DNA from: Chitinivibrionales bacterium
GTDB taxonomy: Bacteria; Fibrobacterota; Chitinivibrionia; Chitinivibrionales; WJKA01
Direction: 5' to 3'
Assembly: GCA_038247415.1 (NCBI GenBank)
Contig: JBBRUX010000021.1
Span: 3,207-67,206, forward strand
Length of the DNA stretch: 64,000 bases
Of the stretch, positions 48,301 to 56,020 are shown in pieces. The notes beneath the pieces are model-generated. The model did not search any database. It was not told where the DNA came from and saw only the letters and a list, made by a program, of their open reading frames with translations. Each line of letters begins with the position of its first letter. Within the stretch, counting starts at the first letter, position 1. The position numbers and the translations under genes were made by a program.

Positions 48301-48653
48301 TGCTGAAACCATGCTTGACTAACTGCAAAATCCCTTCTGCTTTGTATATATTCATCAAGTTCGGGATAGCGATATTGCCATATGATATTTCCCATTTTAT
48401 CTATTTTTTGAAACGTAATTTGTCGGCTTTCGAAATCGATAGTTTGCGAATCGGCAAAAATAGAAGAAGGTTTTGGTTTAAGTAGTGCGGATCGTGGATT
48501 TTTAAGCGGATTAAGCGGAGCAAGATCTTTATCGAGCGGGTAATACCCAGGAATAGCAGGATCGGACCATACAATGCCAGCGGCGTTAAGCGCAACACAA
48601 AATGGCGCAAAAACACCCACTGCGGCTACACATACGAGTCGTAGAAAAATCAT
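42315..48653 (-). CDS. sprA: T9SS outer-membrane translocon SprA/Sov
   Basis: 2112 aa with a signal peptide. The core block ELEDDIIQEVTAGYTRFELPSTKLSGYSESQQGLFGLSVKSKFGPVTVNTIISHMQAQS matches the remembered SprA signature (EDDIIkkIEaGNVs.PL...LI.GsQsLFG.K..lqFG.l.vT.v.SqQks). The protein is beta-rich throughout and ends with an aromatic residue (..VRLTF), as outer-membrane barrels do. Confidence 0.8.
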   Translation of the reverse strand: MIFLRLVCVAAVGVFAPFCVALNAAGIVWSDPAIPGYYPLDKDLAPLNPLKNPRSALLKPKPSSIFADSQTIDFESRQITFQKIDKMGNIIWQYRYPELDEYIQSRRDFAVSQAWFQQNATPKSAGTANKGRSFSLDLELPVQYPSWAKRILGKDPPKLAIHGFEEVIFGGDVSKRTIGKAEPVINKNPDFDNKYELSVTGSVGRLINVTLKTSNAEDFAFTNPLKDIKLEYKGEGNELEDDIIQEVTAGYTRFELPSTKLSGYSESQQGLFGLSVKSKFGPVTVNTIISHMQAQSAADSVSLAQSASSNVDTSTSEKSYWPYKFYFLDTMYQNYYLKNYQVYRAGNIPVPASKQITSFSAWIIDNGTVQTADIVRKTINGTKYRKLVPDADYSLDRQRGYISFKTNITEQDEVGLTFTITEAATKAVVLTQGDTTTGLWFITKPNNDTTAPGYKLMWKNVYQMQSYSGSFSLEVYQLPLPGQLDGRRTTEKGKDIAQLLGLTDSKNQPIGGFVCRPDSGYFIIPPFSDGTNGAQPFVNPELDAGSQAPAIYALKKSSTDFANLEQRFSFHLKGLSTAANKTSFNLSSPIISGSDKVRTSPGNIDLVRDVDYRITPETGFIELLSNQAKASPKIVTTYQRETGVPDNKTFIGSRAELKLPTIGKNSLVGASILFQNASLTGEKIPRVGQEPYNKLLLDINTSIDYEPEWMTKAVNAIPLVHSESPSSVKIDIEAAHSITSPIQAVTNKNGEAYIDDFESAKIVYTLPTTTTMWYMGSPPVPLDSLYYHPPAWKTYWFEAPGDGTDESHRVRKEDVDSLTKEEVSNLYKIGSSASNLYESALFWETQPAPDNEFKSRYDNSWSSIMTWLPKSAENRTQDKFFEFYMKVDPNESTRGKLLVDLGMVSEDICIAGAAPNVRFNTEDTAQNGIMTADLNTGLDNILDDKKETFLIPGADPSKRYDTLLYGDPKLPDPTDPSNDNWKPYSLTSTYRYKEYANVCHLQGNAENSSASAIYANTEDINGDGFKRINDNYYRMTINLDSLDTANYVVTASRARKEKGWYLIRIPLNKVTSKVDTIHGTPSWERIGFVRMSRKKFGLENSGIRSLQLIRMQFVGSQWEALSADSGYKSAPDLRGTNNLVNVSVVNTEDDKSIYVAPTEPYLIRTRDANNILTKEQSLLISYTNVEQNKSVVARKILTYGNIDISPYDKITMLVHGKTLVPNDSLYLVLRFGTNDSTYYEYKTPIRTGWNYDSPWSHPIEIDLAELASQKLRYFEQYPAFLSINKAYSPKPGDTLRIYSRNKGVPSFSSIRQLTVGVSRLGYGNAVSSGEIWVDELKASGLKSISGTAAIASISTQWADFVSLRGSMDYRDGNFRTMTDDARSRNNSRVTVGMDGSLKFDKFLPDEWKVSIPVAAAVTSTLDRPQLRPGTDITLTKSPGEPDNLGDMYHDLVQNVVPNRFGSLAESRSRHYQTSTATTSLSTSYHKSSSDNIFINLLTERVGIENVTYQFNETKASQGSKPSGFGDYVDTTRNTSYGGGLTYDLTPRNQPEWAKWRPFGFMDTDTLAWLPEDFKRYEVMLLPSRFSLTIATINWSVAQKHFESTPIYDDSRSFSAGHGFTFGWAPISPLLSLDYSLNSARNLAPYLSQTQSARDVFFARDEALSTLWFFMGEDSRTQNTSLKFNPKLISWLDNNFDYTSNYTATPDRKAAGTKLTLALDNSFGFSGNVNIRDWVRDATLATQRSAFLTTTFKQFGAMLDQVNFSSISVTYTGRLSLLNGLYSVDDIEMIDKNWGGFGLMRYSLGFMGSRPFLSRIKGTMDNPRGFGGTESRLAANGGIMPNATNDKRTTTQNWKWSTASLSFPKPIDIQFSEISLDFEKSFTVPANPLSSLDTAITSPRLGISASSGMLSQLKVVQDNLETPTLRSSYSYSKKNTTSVRRDNILKVEYQYGEEIRNGWSPLVGVSSIIKALPISLSYDINLSNSDILVASTARRSKATEVGNKWSTAYTIEKSGIARDIKLLKYTISIKGRVVMGAEAEYKHSWENYTDSIPEGGKAELRNTNNFSLTPHVSYDFTDNVVSTISYSFTHNNDELLSSKTEQHSFKGSVRLTF

Positions 48654-48680
48654 GCTACTTCGCTTGTCTAGTAAGAATTA

Positions 48681-49817
48681 TCATTTATGAGCGGCTGCCT
48701 GTGCGCAGCACCGAAAACCAACTGGATTATGACGGTTTTCGGGAAAATAGCTATATCGATTTGAAGTGCACGCAGATTCTATGCCACTAGACCAATATCC
48801 GCCCATCACCATAAAATACCTCTTGTTTTTAATGGATGGTGATGATGTCCATTCTGAGAGATTGCCCGACATATCGTATACATCAAAGTAACCCCTGCAT
48901 TCTGATCTACTCCCCGATTTCTTGCTTGTCGTATCGTCGGTAACGCATGCTCTGGGCTCGTATTTTTCGCCATACGAATAGGTGTAGGAATAAGGGCCGC
49001 TACATGCCAGCGTCCACTCTTCTGCAGTGCATAAACGCTTTTTTGCAAGCAGACATGAGTCTGCAGCAGCATATTGAGAAACGTATGCTGAAGGCAGATT
49101 GCCCTTCCTATTGGGCCACTCAAATCGATCGATACAAAATCGAGTGGTTCCTACCGAAATAAGAGCCATATCTTTGCTACAACTACCACTTGTATCGGGT
49201 GGAAGAATTTCATAAACTGCCTTCTTTGACTCCATGCTATTTCCACACGAATCGATTGCCCGATAATACACAGCGGTTGTTTGCGCAATAGTCAATATTT
49301 CTCCAGAATACGCATGATAGCTAGAATTATTTCCTATACTCACCTCAATTGCGCAAACCTTATTGCTTATAAGCTTACAATGTACAATCTCATGATGCAA
49401 CCCACCTGCTGGATCGGGATACACATATGGTGCTATTGTATCATTGTGGCACCGAATCGTCGCAGATTCGGTAGTATCTTGGGAGGGCGCTGCTACAGAA
49501 TCGATCATCGTCGTATCGATGATGGGCGCTGGATTTTTAACCTTTCGGACATGCTGCAAAGTAGGCATTGCTGCTCTTAACGAATCGCTCTTAGCAATAC
49601 TACTCTGGGAAGTGTCTTGAGACGATTTTTCCGCGACCTCATACTTTGAAGCAGAATTACTCTTGTCAATGCTTGCACTCGATACCCCGGATAGGTATTG
49701 GCTTTTCTTCCAGGTATAAAATCCACCCACAAGAAGAAGCAAAAAAAGTATAATACCAATCCAGACCCATTTTTTTGAGAGTTTTTTTGGTACATTTTGT
49801 GTCACATTTTTTTTCAT
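48681..49817 (-). CDS. membrane-anchored CHB_HEX_C-like + FGE-sulfatase (SUMF1/GldK-fold) domain protein
   Basis: The TM anchor is WVWIGIILFLLLLVGGFY, followed by a Ser-rich linker. The chitobiase-C-like module is DTIAPYVYPDPAGGLHH..AVYYRAIDSCGNSMES. The FGE domain is FCIDRFEWPN..YDMSGNLSEWT..GGYWSS..NPVGFRCC. The gene ends 27 nt upstream of sprA. Confidence 0.78.
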   Translation of the reverse strand: MKKNVTQNVPKKLSKKWVWIGIILFLLLLVGGFYTWKKSQYLSGVSSASIDKSNSASKYEVAEKSSQDTSQSSIAKSDSLRAAMPTLQHVRKVKNPAPIIDTTMIDSVAAPSQDTTESATIRCHNDTIAPYVYPDPAGGLHHEIVHCKLISNKVCAIEVSIGNNSSYHAYSGEILTIAQTTAVYYRAIDSCGNSMESKKAVYEILPPDTSGSCSKDMALISVGTTRFCIDRFEWPNRKGNLPSAYVSQYAAADSCLLAKKRLCTAEEWTLACSGPYSYTYSYGEKYEPRACVTDDTTSKKSGSRSECRGYFDVYDMSGNLSEWTSSPSIKNKRYFMVMGGYWSSGIESACTSNRYSYFPENRHNPVGFRCCAQAAAHK

Positions 49818-50226
49818 AATCTAACAATAGCTGCAAAGCAGCCGCACAAGGGTGACTAGAGTTACAACTGAAAGCCGACAAGTAGAAGCGCTGGAAACGA
49901 ATGGACGGGCGCATTTTTCTTTCGGGGCGGAACCTAATTGCTTTACGAAATGTTCCAAATCATTCTCTTATCTGATTCATTCGTTTTTCGCCTTATTGTC
50001 AATGCTACTTTTTGCAGCTGAATAAGGATCGTACTCTGTTCCTCAGCGGTATCAGATCTTACTTAAAATACAAAAATGCACAGTTTCCTGCGCTATTGAT
50101 TGCCTTGAATTCGCATTCTGCCCAGCCCACAATATTTTGCATTTTCTGCGAGTTCTGGATTTTTCCATTGGGCAGGCACATTGCGGCCACCTACCCTTAT
50201 GGTACAAGAATTTTTTTTGAGCCTGA

Positions 50227-50919
50227 CTATTCTGCACACTTCGCTAAAAAAGTACGCAGTTGTGGCCAAGAAAGTGCCGAAGATGTCTTGGTGCGATCAT
50301 TGATTTGCACAAAATTCATTCCAGCTGCTTTTGCTGCCTCGCCATCGGTATCAATTCTATCGCCTACAACCAATACCTGTTCGGGATCGATGTTCCATGC
50401 TTTTGCAATTTCTAAAAAAGGTCGGGGATGAGGTTTTAACGCTCCAACTTCTTCGGATGAAGCAATAGTATCAAAAAGTGAAACAGGAATAGCAAGATTT
50501 TTTAGCCGTGCTTCAATCTTTCCATAATCGGAAAGTACCCCAAGCTTAATGCCTCGCTGCCGTAGCGTGTTAAGCGTAGTGTTTAAGTGCGGGCGGGAAT
50601 ATCGCATACACGTCATAACACCAACAAACGCCTTGTAAAAATCGCATTGTATCCACCTGATCCACTCAGATGCAGAAAGGGAATATGTGGGTAGAGCCTC
50701 ACATACGATCCCAATTTGATGATATAATGCAACTGAATTTTCCCAATCAACCCCTGCAAGAGTTTCTCGGGAACGAATGAATCGAGGGAGTCTGAAAGAA
50801 TGGGGAATAAGCCAAAGAAACATGATTGGCCGCATATACCAGCGCATATGATACAATGTACCATCGAGGTCAAAAATTATTCCCTTGGGTGTCGCGGAAA
50901 GGCCGTTACCAGTATCCAT
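50227..50919 (-). CDS. HAD-superfamily hydrolase
   Basis: Motif I is IIFDLDGTLY. Motif IV is VLVVGDRIDTDGEAAKAAGM. Confidence 0.85.
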   Translation of the reverse strand: MDTGNGLSATPKGIIFDLDGTLYHMRWYMRPIMFLWLIPHSFRLPRFIRSRETLAGVDWENSVALYHQIGIVCEALPTYSLSASEWIRWIQCDFYKAFVGVMTCMRYSRPHLNTTLNTLRQRGIKLGVLSDYGKIEARLKNLAIPVSLFDTIASSEEVGALKPHPRPFLEIAKAWNIDPEQVLVVGDRIDTDGEAAKAAGMNFVQINDRTKTSSALSWPQLRTFLAKCAE

Positions 50920-51077
50920 GAAAATTTTATGCTCTCGCTGTGTAACTACCGAAGCAAAAAACCTATTTTATACAAGAGAAACATGAGAAGAGAGTTTCTT
51001 GAAAACAGGTGTTGTGCGTAACTTTCAGCTTTTGTTCGCATAAAAAATAATTTGTTGAAGCCACAAAGAGTTTAACT

Positions 51078-52274
51078 ATGGAAAAAAAAGACGAATCCAC
51101 GCTTCTTTCGCGCGAACGAGCACTGATGGCCGTTTACGCCATGGCAACAACTTACAACAGCACCCCGGAAGCCATTTTTGACCAAGTCGTGTTGAGCATC
51201 ACAACCATACTCAATGTGCCATTCACGTCTTTGGGCATCTTTGAAAACAATAATTTCTCTACACTCTCCAGATTTTACAAAGGGGAAATTGGCCCGGCTT
51301 CACGACACTCCCACGCGTGCCCCTCATTCCAGAAAATGCTTACGCTCAAAGAACCCTATCAGTGGTCGAACGCCCAGATGAATAATAAAATGTGTGGTTT
51401 ATGCATCGATGAATGCGGGTTTTTATCATACATTGGTGTTCCGGTACTGGGTGCCAAGGGAGATCTTCTTGGCGTTATCTGCTCTGCCGACACTAAACCC
51501 CGTTTGTTTACCGAATCGGAAATTCAGCTCATAGAGATCTTTGCCCGCTATGTATCGCACGAGATCGCCTCAAGTCGTATGACACAGCAACTTACGCTGG
51601 CGCATAGCATGAATGTTATAGGTCGCATAGCCGCGGGCGTTGCTCATGAGGTACGCAATCCGCTCAATGCTATTCTTGCCATTTCGGAAGCACTCTTTGC
51701 AGAAATTGGCAACACGCCAAACTTTGCGCCCTATATTTCTCATATCCGTACACAGGTGGGGCGCCTCTCGTCGCTTATGCAAGATCTCCTTGAATTGGGT
51801 CGCCCGTTGCCCTTAGATGATATGCAACGCATGGAAATAGGTGTCATTCTTAAACAAACGATTGAGGCCTGGACGCAATCACATCCAACCGATACGCGTT
51901 TAGTCGATTTATCAATCCCGGAAGATTGTTTACATAAAGAAATTAAAGTGAGTCATCATAAAATCCAGCAGGCGTTTTTTAATCTTATTGAAAATAGTGC
52001 CGATCATAGCCAACCCGATACCCGCATCGATATAACGTGCTCTACCGATTCGAGCACTTTTATTATTGTAAGAGTTATCGATTCTGGAAAGGGCATTCAA
52101 CCCGAATACTTAGGCAAGGTATTTGAGCCATTCTTTACAACAAGAAAAAGTGGCACGGGACTTGGGCTCGCAATAGTCAAACACATTGTTGGGCTACACG
52201 GGGGAGCAATAACCCTCTATAATAACGAAACAGGAACTGGCGCAACTGCAGAGGTTAGCCTACCACTCGCCTAA
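51078..52274 (+). CDS. cytoplasmic GAF-domain sensor histidine kinase
   Basis: A GAF-like N-terminal half is followed by the H-box GVAHEVRNPLNAI, the N-box NLIENSADH and the G-boxes DSGKGI and GTGLGLAIV. Confidence 0.85.
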   Translation: MEKKDESTLLSRERALMAVYAMATTYNSTPEAIFDQVVLSITTILNVPFTSLGIFENNNFSTLSRFYKGEIGPASRHSHACPSFQKMLTLKEPYQWSNAQMNNKMCGLCIDECGFLSYIGVPVLGAKGDLLGVICSADTKPRLFTESEIQLIEIFARYVSHEIASSRMTQQLTLAHSMNVIGRIAAGVAHEVRNPLNAILAISEALFAEIGNTPNFAPYISHIRTQVGRLSSLMQDLLELGRPLPLDDMQRMEIGVILKQTIEAWTQSHPTDTRLVDLSIPEDCLHKEIKVSHHKIQQAFFNLIENSADHSQPDTRIDITCSTDSSTFIIVRVIDSGKGIQPEYLGKVFEPFFTTRKSGTGLGLAIVKHIVGLHGGAITLYNNETGTGATAEVSLPLA

Positions 52275-52675
52275 GAGGCTAGACTAGAAGCTATAGAATA
52301 GATCCCTTGTTCAACAAGCAGGGCTCTTATTTTTTGAGGATACACAGGTTTTTCGAGGTAATAATCGGCACCCGACGCCATCACTTTCTCGTAGGTATCG
52401 GCGCCACCAAAAGCCGTCATAACAATAATAAATATCCCAGAATTTCTAGGTCGAACCGACCGAATAATTTCCAGGCCTTCCTCTTTTTCTGATCCGGCAA
52501 GTCTCACATCTGCAATAATAGCGCAATACGTATTTGACGCAAGCAACTCGTAGGCCCGTGGTGCTGTTGCTGCCGTATCAACGCTCACCCCATGCCCTTT
52601 CAAAAGTCGACTCAAGGCAAAGAGAATCGCTTCCTCATCATCAATCAGCAAAATTTTTTTGTTGTATATATCCAT
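52271..52675 (-). CDS. stand-alone response-regulator receiver protein (CheY-like)
   Basis: The sequence contains KILLIDDEEAILFAL, the phospho-acceptor context AIIADVRL, and TAFGG..KP. Confidence 0.85.
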   Translation of the reverse strand: MDIYNKKILLIDDEEAILFALSRLLKGHGVSVDTAATAPRAYELLASNTYCAIIADVRLAGSEKEEGLEIIRSVRPRNSGIFIIVMTAFGGADTYEKVMASGADYYLEKPVYPQKIRALLVEQGIYSIASSLAS

Positions 52676-52820
52676 AACTACTTTAATTCTAGCAATTTGT
52701 TTGCCAATATGCCAGACAATAGGCGATAAGTTACTATTTTGGATAAATTAGAGGCTCGCACTTGGCAAATGTTAATTGAGATTTAAATAGATGAGTTACA
52801 GGAAAAACTATATTAAACAA

Positions 52821-52914
52821 CCCTTCGAGAGCCTCAGGGTACGGTCCATAAGGATCAAATCAACATCTCAGAAAGGCGTACACTGATGCAATGGCCCCTG
52901 ATTATGTCGAAGGG
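52821..52914. repeat. bipartite palindromic GC-rich hairpin element (family copy B)
   Basis: CCCTTCGA-gagc-CTCAGGG (52821-52839) and CCCCTGA-ttat-GTCGAAGGG (52895-52914) form two stacked helices around a 55-nt insert. Confidence 0.45.
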
Positions 52915-53297
52915 TCGAAGTGCACTCGAAAGGTACTTCTGAAAAGAGTTTCGTAAACAGCAGTCTCTCACCCGATCCTTTTATGTGGCTACACCATACA
53001 AAATAGTTTTCATTCAAGTAAACTTTGAGAAATCTTCTCAATTTGATAGAACTCGGAGTAAATATTCCGAATTAGATAATTTTAAAATGCTTGCCGATTA
53101 AAGCGACGTTTTTTTTACCATGCATCCCGACTTGAAAACTGACGTTGTTTTATTCAAATAAATTACATAACATGCTTAAATAATTGAAGTTACGAATTTA
53201 TGGCGCTACACATTCTCTGTTTGAATAGGGCTTTATTCCCAAAATGGGCACGAGCTTTGCATTCTTTAAGATTATTCATTGCATTAGAGGAGGAACT

Positions 53298-53642
53298 ATG
53301 TGTGAACGAATTGGTGGATTTGTAGTAAGCTGTGCACTGCTTGGATGTATACTCGTAGGAATTTCTCTGGATAATCGGAACGCCGAAAGAGCCATAGCGT
53401 TTGAAAAAATCATACAAAGTCCTGGTGTAATGCTCGAAGCGATTACAACGGGATCTTTGCCATCAAATGAGATTCAACCTTTAATCGTGGTTGTGCATCA
53501 GCCCTTGATAGTAAGAAATAGTGCTTCGGTGTTTTCTACCCAAGACATTGCGAATCCAAGGCCTTTGGTAGCATGTGGTACACAAGAATTCAGCTCAAAA
53601 TGCGTTTTAGATATTCATTTATGCAGAGATACTGCTCCCTAA
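53298..53642 (+). CDS. hypothetical lipoprotein-like protein
   Basis: The ATG at 53298 is preceded by GGAGG. The N-terminus MCERIGGFVVSCALLGCILVG looks like a lipoprotein signal. The gene overlaps the 3' end of the convergent kinase gene by 24 nt. I recognise no motif. Confidence 0.4.
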   Translation: MCERIGGFVVSCALLGCILVGISLDNRNAERAIAFEKIIQSPGVMLEAITTGSLPSNEIQPLIVVVHQPLIVRNSASVFSTQDIANPRPLVACGTQEFSSKCVLDIHLCRDTAP

Positions 53643-55934
53643 AACGTGCAGAAGTTCTGCTTTACGGTAGGGTTTAACCAGGCACGTATCAAAACCGGCT
53701 GCTTTAGGCTGAGACATGCTCACATCCGAAGAATAACCCGATGAAGCAATAATGCGAATCGCAGGAAAAAGTTGTCGGACCTCATGAGCTATTTCACGGC
53801 CTCCGGGCCCTCCGGGAATAGTGAGATCTAGAAGCGCATAGTTAATTAGTTTCCCATGGGCAGCACACTCTTTACAAATAGAAAGTGCCTCGGAAGTATT
53901 TTCTGAACATACAACGATATATCCCGCCGGAACTAACATTTCCTTTACAAGTTCAAGAATAAAGGATTCATCATCCATGATGAGCACACGTCCACTTCCG
54001 TGCGTAATCACAGCGTGCGGAATACTTTTATGCTCCTGAACACCTCGCGTTACCGGAAGGTACACATGAAATGTTGCCCCTTTCCCAAGCACCGAATCTA
54101 CCGTTATGATACCATCGTGTTTTTTGATAATCGAAAACGATGTTGCAAGCCCTAGTCCATTGCCCTGTTGCTTTGTTGTAAAAAACGGATCGAAAATATA
54201 CGCAAGATGCTCGGGAGCAATCCCAACACCCCCATCGGCAACCATCACGTGTATATATTCCCCTTTAGCAAGCGTTGGTGGAGGGTCATCGGATAGTGCG
54301 ATAGTCGTAACACGGATAGCAATAGTTCCCCCTAAGGGCATTGCTTGACGAGCATTAATGAGCAAATTATCGATTACCTGGGATATCTGCCCACTGTCTG
54401 CCAAACAATCGGGCACATGCGGCTGACAATAAAGATCTGCCTTGGCATTAGAACCGCTTAATACGAATTTTACGGCATTTTCAACAACAACTCCAACATT
54501 TACATTCGATTTTATGGGAGCTCCACCTTTACTAAAAGTAAGAAGCTGCCGTGTAAGATCTCGCGCGCGCTCAAAAACCGATTTAATACTATCAAGTGCA
54601 TACGTAACTTCATCTAGTTTACCCTCGTTCAGATACTCTCGGGCTACTTCCACAAACCCAAAGATTCCCCCAAGCAAGTTGTTAAAATCGTGGGCAATCC
54701 CCCCAGCAAGAACACCCAACGATTCTAATCGTTGTGCATTTTGCAAAAGTGATTCGGTATGATGCTTTTCGGTTACATCACGAAATACGAGCACAACGCC
54801 TATAATAGTACCTTCACTATTGCGAATTGGGGCCCCGCTATCTGCAATCATGTATTCTTTGCCATTACGCGCAAGAAGCGCGGTATGATTTGCCAATCCG
54901 ATAATAGCTCCTGTTTCTAAAACCTTTGAAACAGGATTTTCGCAGGGGATACGCGTTATCTGATTAACAATAGTAAAAACTTGTGCCAAGGGGCGGCCCT
55001 GTGCATCGGCAGCATTCCACCCTGTCAGAATTTCTGCAACGGTATTAATAAGCACAACACGACCTTCTACATCGGTTGTAATAACTCCATCCCCAATAGA
55101 CCGGAGCGTAACCAAAAGCCGCTCCTTTTCGGATGCCAATTTTTCTTCATACTGTTTTCGGCCAGTGATGTCGAGAAAAATGGTTGCAAAACCGGCATCT
55201 CCCCAAGGGGTAACTGAAATTTGGAAATGCTTTTGCAGCGGGGAGAAATAGGTTTCGAACGTATAGGGAATACGCGTAAGCGCTACCTCGGAATATTCTT
55301 TAAGATACGCAGGTGTATCTGTTTTGTAAAGATCTGTTGCCACGGCATTTTCTGCGTCGCTGCGCTTTATGCCAATAATGGCCTCAAACCAAGGATTCAC
55401 GTCGATAATGCGATAATTAACAGGCTTGCCCAATTCATCAAACAACAGTTCGTGAAGTGCTACCCCTTCTGCCATATTGTCAAAAAGCGAATGAAATTTG
55501 CTTTCGCTTTGAATAAGCGCATTGGTACTTTCTATCTGATCGGTAACATCGTGCGCTGTAGCATACAGATAATTGTCAATGCGAACCACCCGCCATTCGA
55601 GCCAGAGCTGCTGCGCAGATTTTTTATTGCACCGAGTAATAAAGACACAAGCGCTGTTCTTGGATGCAGCGTCTTCGAGCATTTTTGTGGTGAGTATTGT
55701 ATCGTCGGAAAAAATAAAATCGATAAGTTTTTGATTATGGGCTTTGGCCGAAGGTATGCCTAGGAATCTTTCGCATGCAGGATTTGTTGCTACGAGTACG
55801 CCACTAAAATCTAATACACAAAGGAAATCTTGGGTAAGCTCAAAAAACTTGCCAAGAATTGTAGCATCCAATACAATAGACCCCTCAGTATGATTCATAC
55901 ACATCCTGTGCTTAACAAAAATGGTATCGGGCAT
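53619..55934 (-). CDS. multi-PAS hybrid sensor histidine kinase / response regulator
   Basis: Several PAS modules are followed by the H-box GGIAHDFNNLLGGI, the HATPase boxes (NLLINARQAM, DGGVGI, GNGLGLA) and a C-terminal receiver (RVLIMDDESFI..ALLDLTIPGG). Confidence 0.9.
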   Translation of the reverse strand: MPDTIFVKHRMCMNHTEGSIVLDATILGKFFELTQDFLCVLDFSGVLVATNPACERFLGIPSAKAHNQKLIDFIFSDDTILTTKMLEDAASKNSACVFITRCNKKSAQQLWLEWRVVRIDNYLYATAHDVTDQIESTNALIQSESKFHSLFDNMAEGVALHELLFDELGKPVNYRIIDVNPWFEAIIGIKRSDAENAVATDLYKTDTPAYLKEYSEVALTRIPYTFETYFSPLQKHFQISVTPWGDAGFATIFLDITGRKQYEEKLASEKERLLVTLRSIGDGVITTDVEGRVVLINTVAEILTGWNAADAQGRPLAQVFTIVNQITRIPCENPVSKVLETGAIIGLANHTALLARNGKEYMIADSGAPIRNSEGTIIGVVLVFRDVTEKHHTESLLQNAQRLESLGVLAGGIAHDFNNLLGGIFGFVEVAREYLNEGKLDEVTYALDSIKSVFERARDLTRQLLTFSKGGAPIKSNVNVGVVVENAVKFVLSGSNAKADLYCQPHVPDCLADSGQISQVIDNLLINARQAMPLGGTIAIRVTTIALSDDPPPTLAKGEYIHVMVADGGVGIAPEHLAYIFDPFFTTKQQGNGLGLATSFSIIKKHDGIITVDSVLGKGATFHVYLPVTRGVQEHKSIPHAVITHGSGRVLIMDDESFILELVKEMLVPAGYIVVCSENTSEALSICKECAAHGKLINYALLDLTIPGGPGGREIAHEVRQLFPAIRIIASSGYSSDVSMSQPKAAGFDTCLVKPYRKAELLHVLGSSISA

Positions 55935-56020
55935 GTGCGCCCAAAACCTCCAAGGTTTTGATACGTATTAGTAAAATAACGATGGATACAAGGATTGTCA
56001 ATACATCAGGGTAACTTTTC

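Noticed and set aside
50012-50431. 139-aa ORF spanning the 409-nt spacer and running antisense into the HAD gene. The mildly GC-rich patch at 49830-49935 was also considered as a possible leader RNA of the FGE/sprA operon.
   Set aside because: The ORF overlaps the HAD coding region on the opposite strand and has no motif. I could not find a convincing conserved structure or any similarity between the patch and the other GC-rich elements.
53190-53417. 75-aa minus-strand ORF in the 52676-53297 spacer.
   Set aside because: It overlaps the better-supported plus-strand ORF, which has a GGAGG RBS. It has no RBS or motif of its own.
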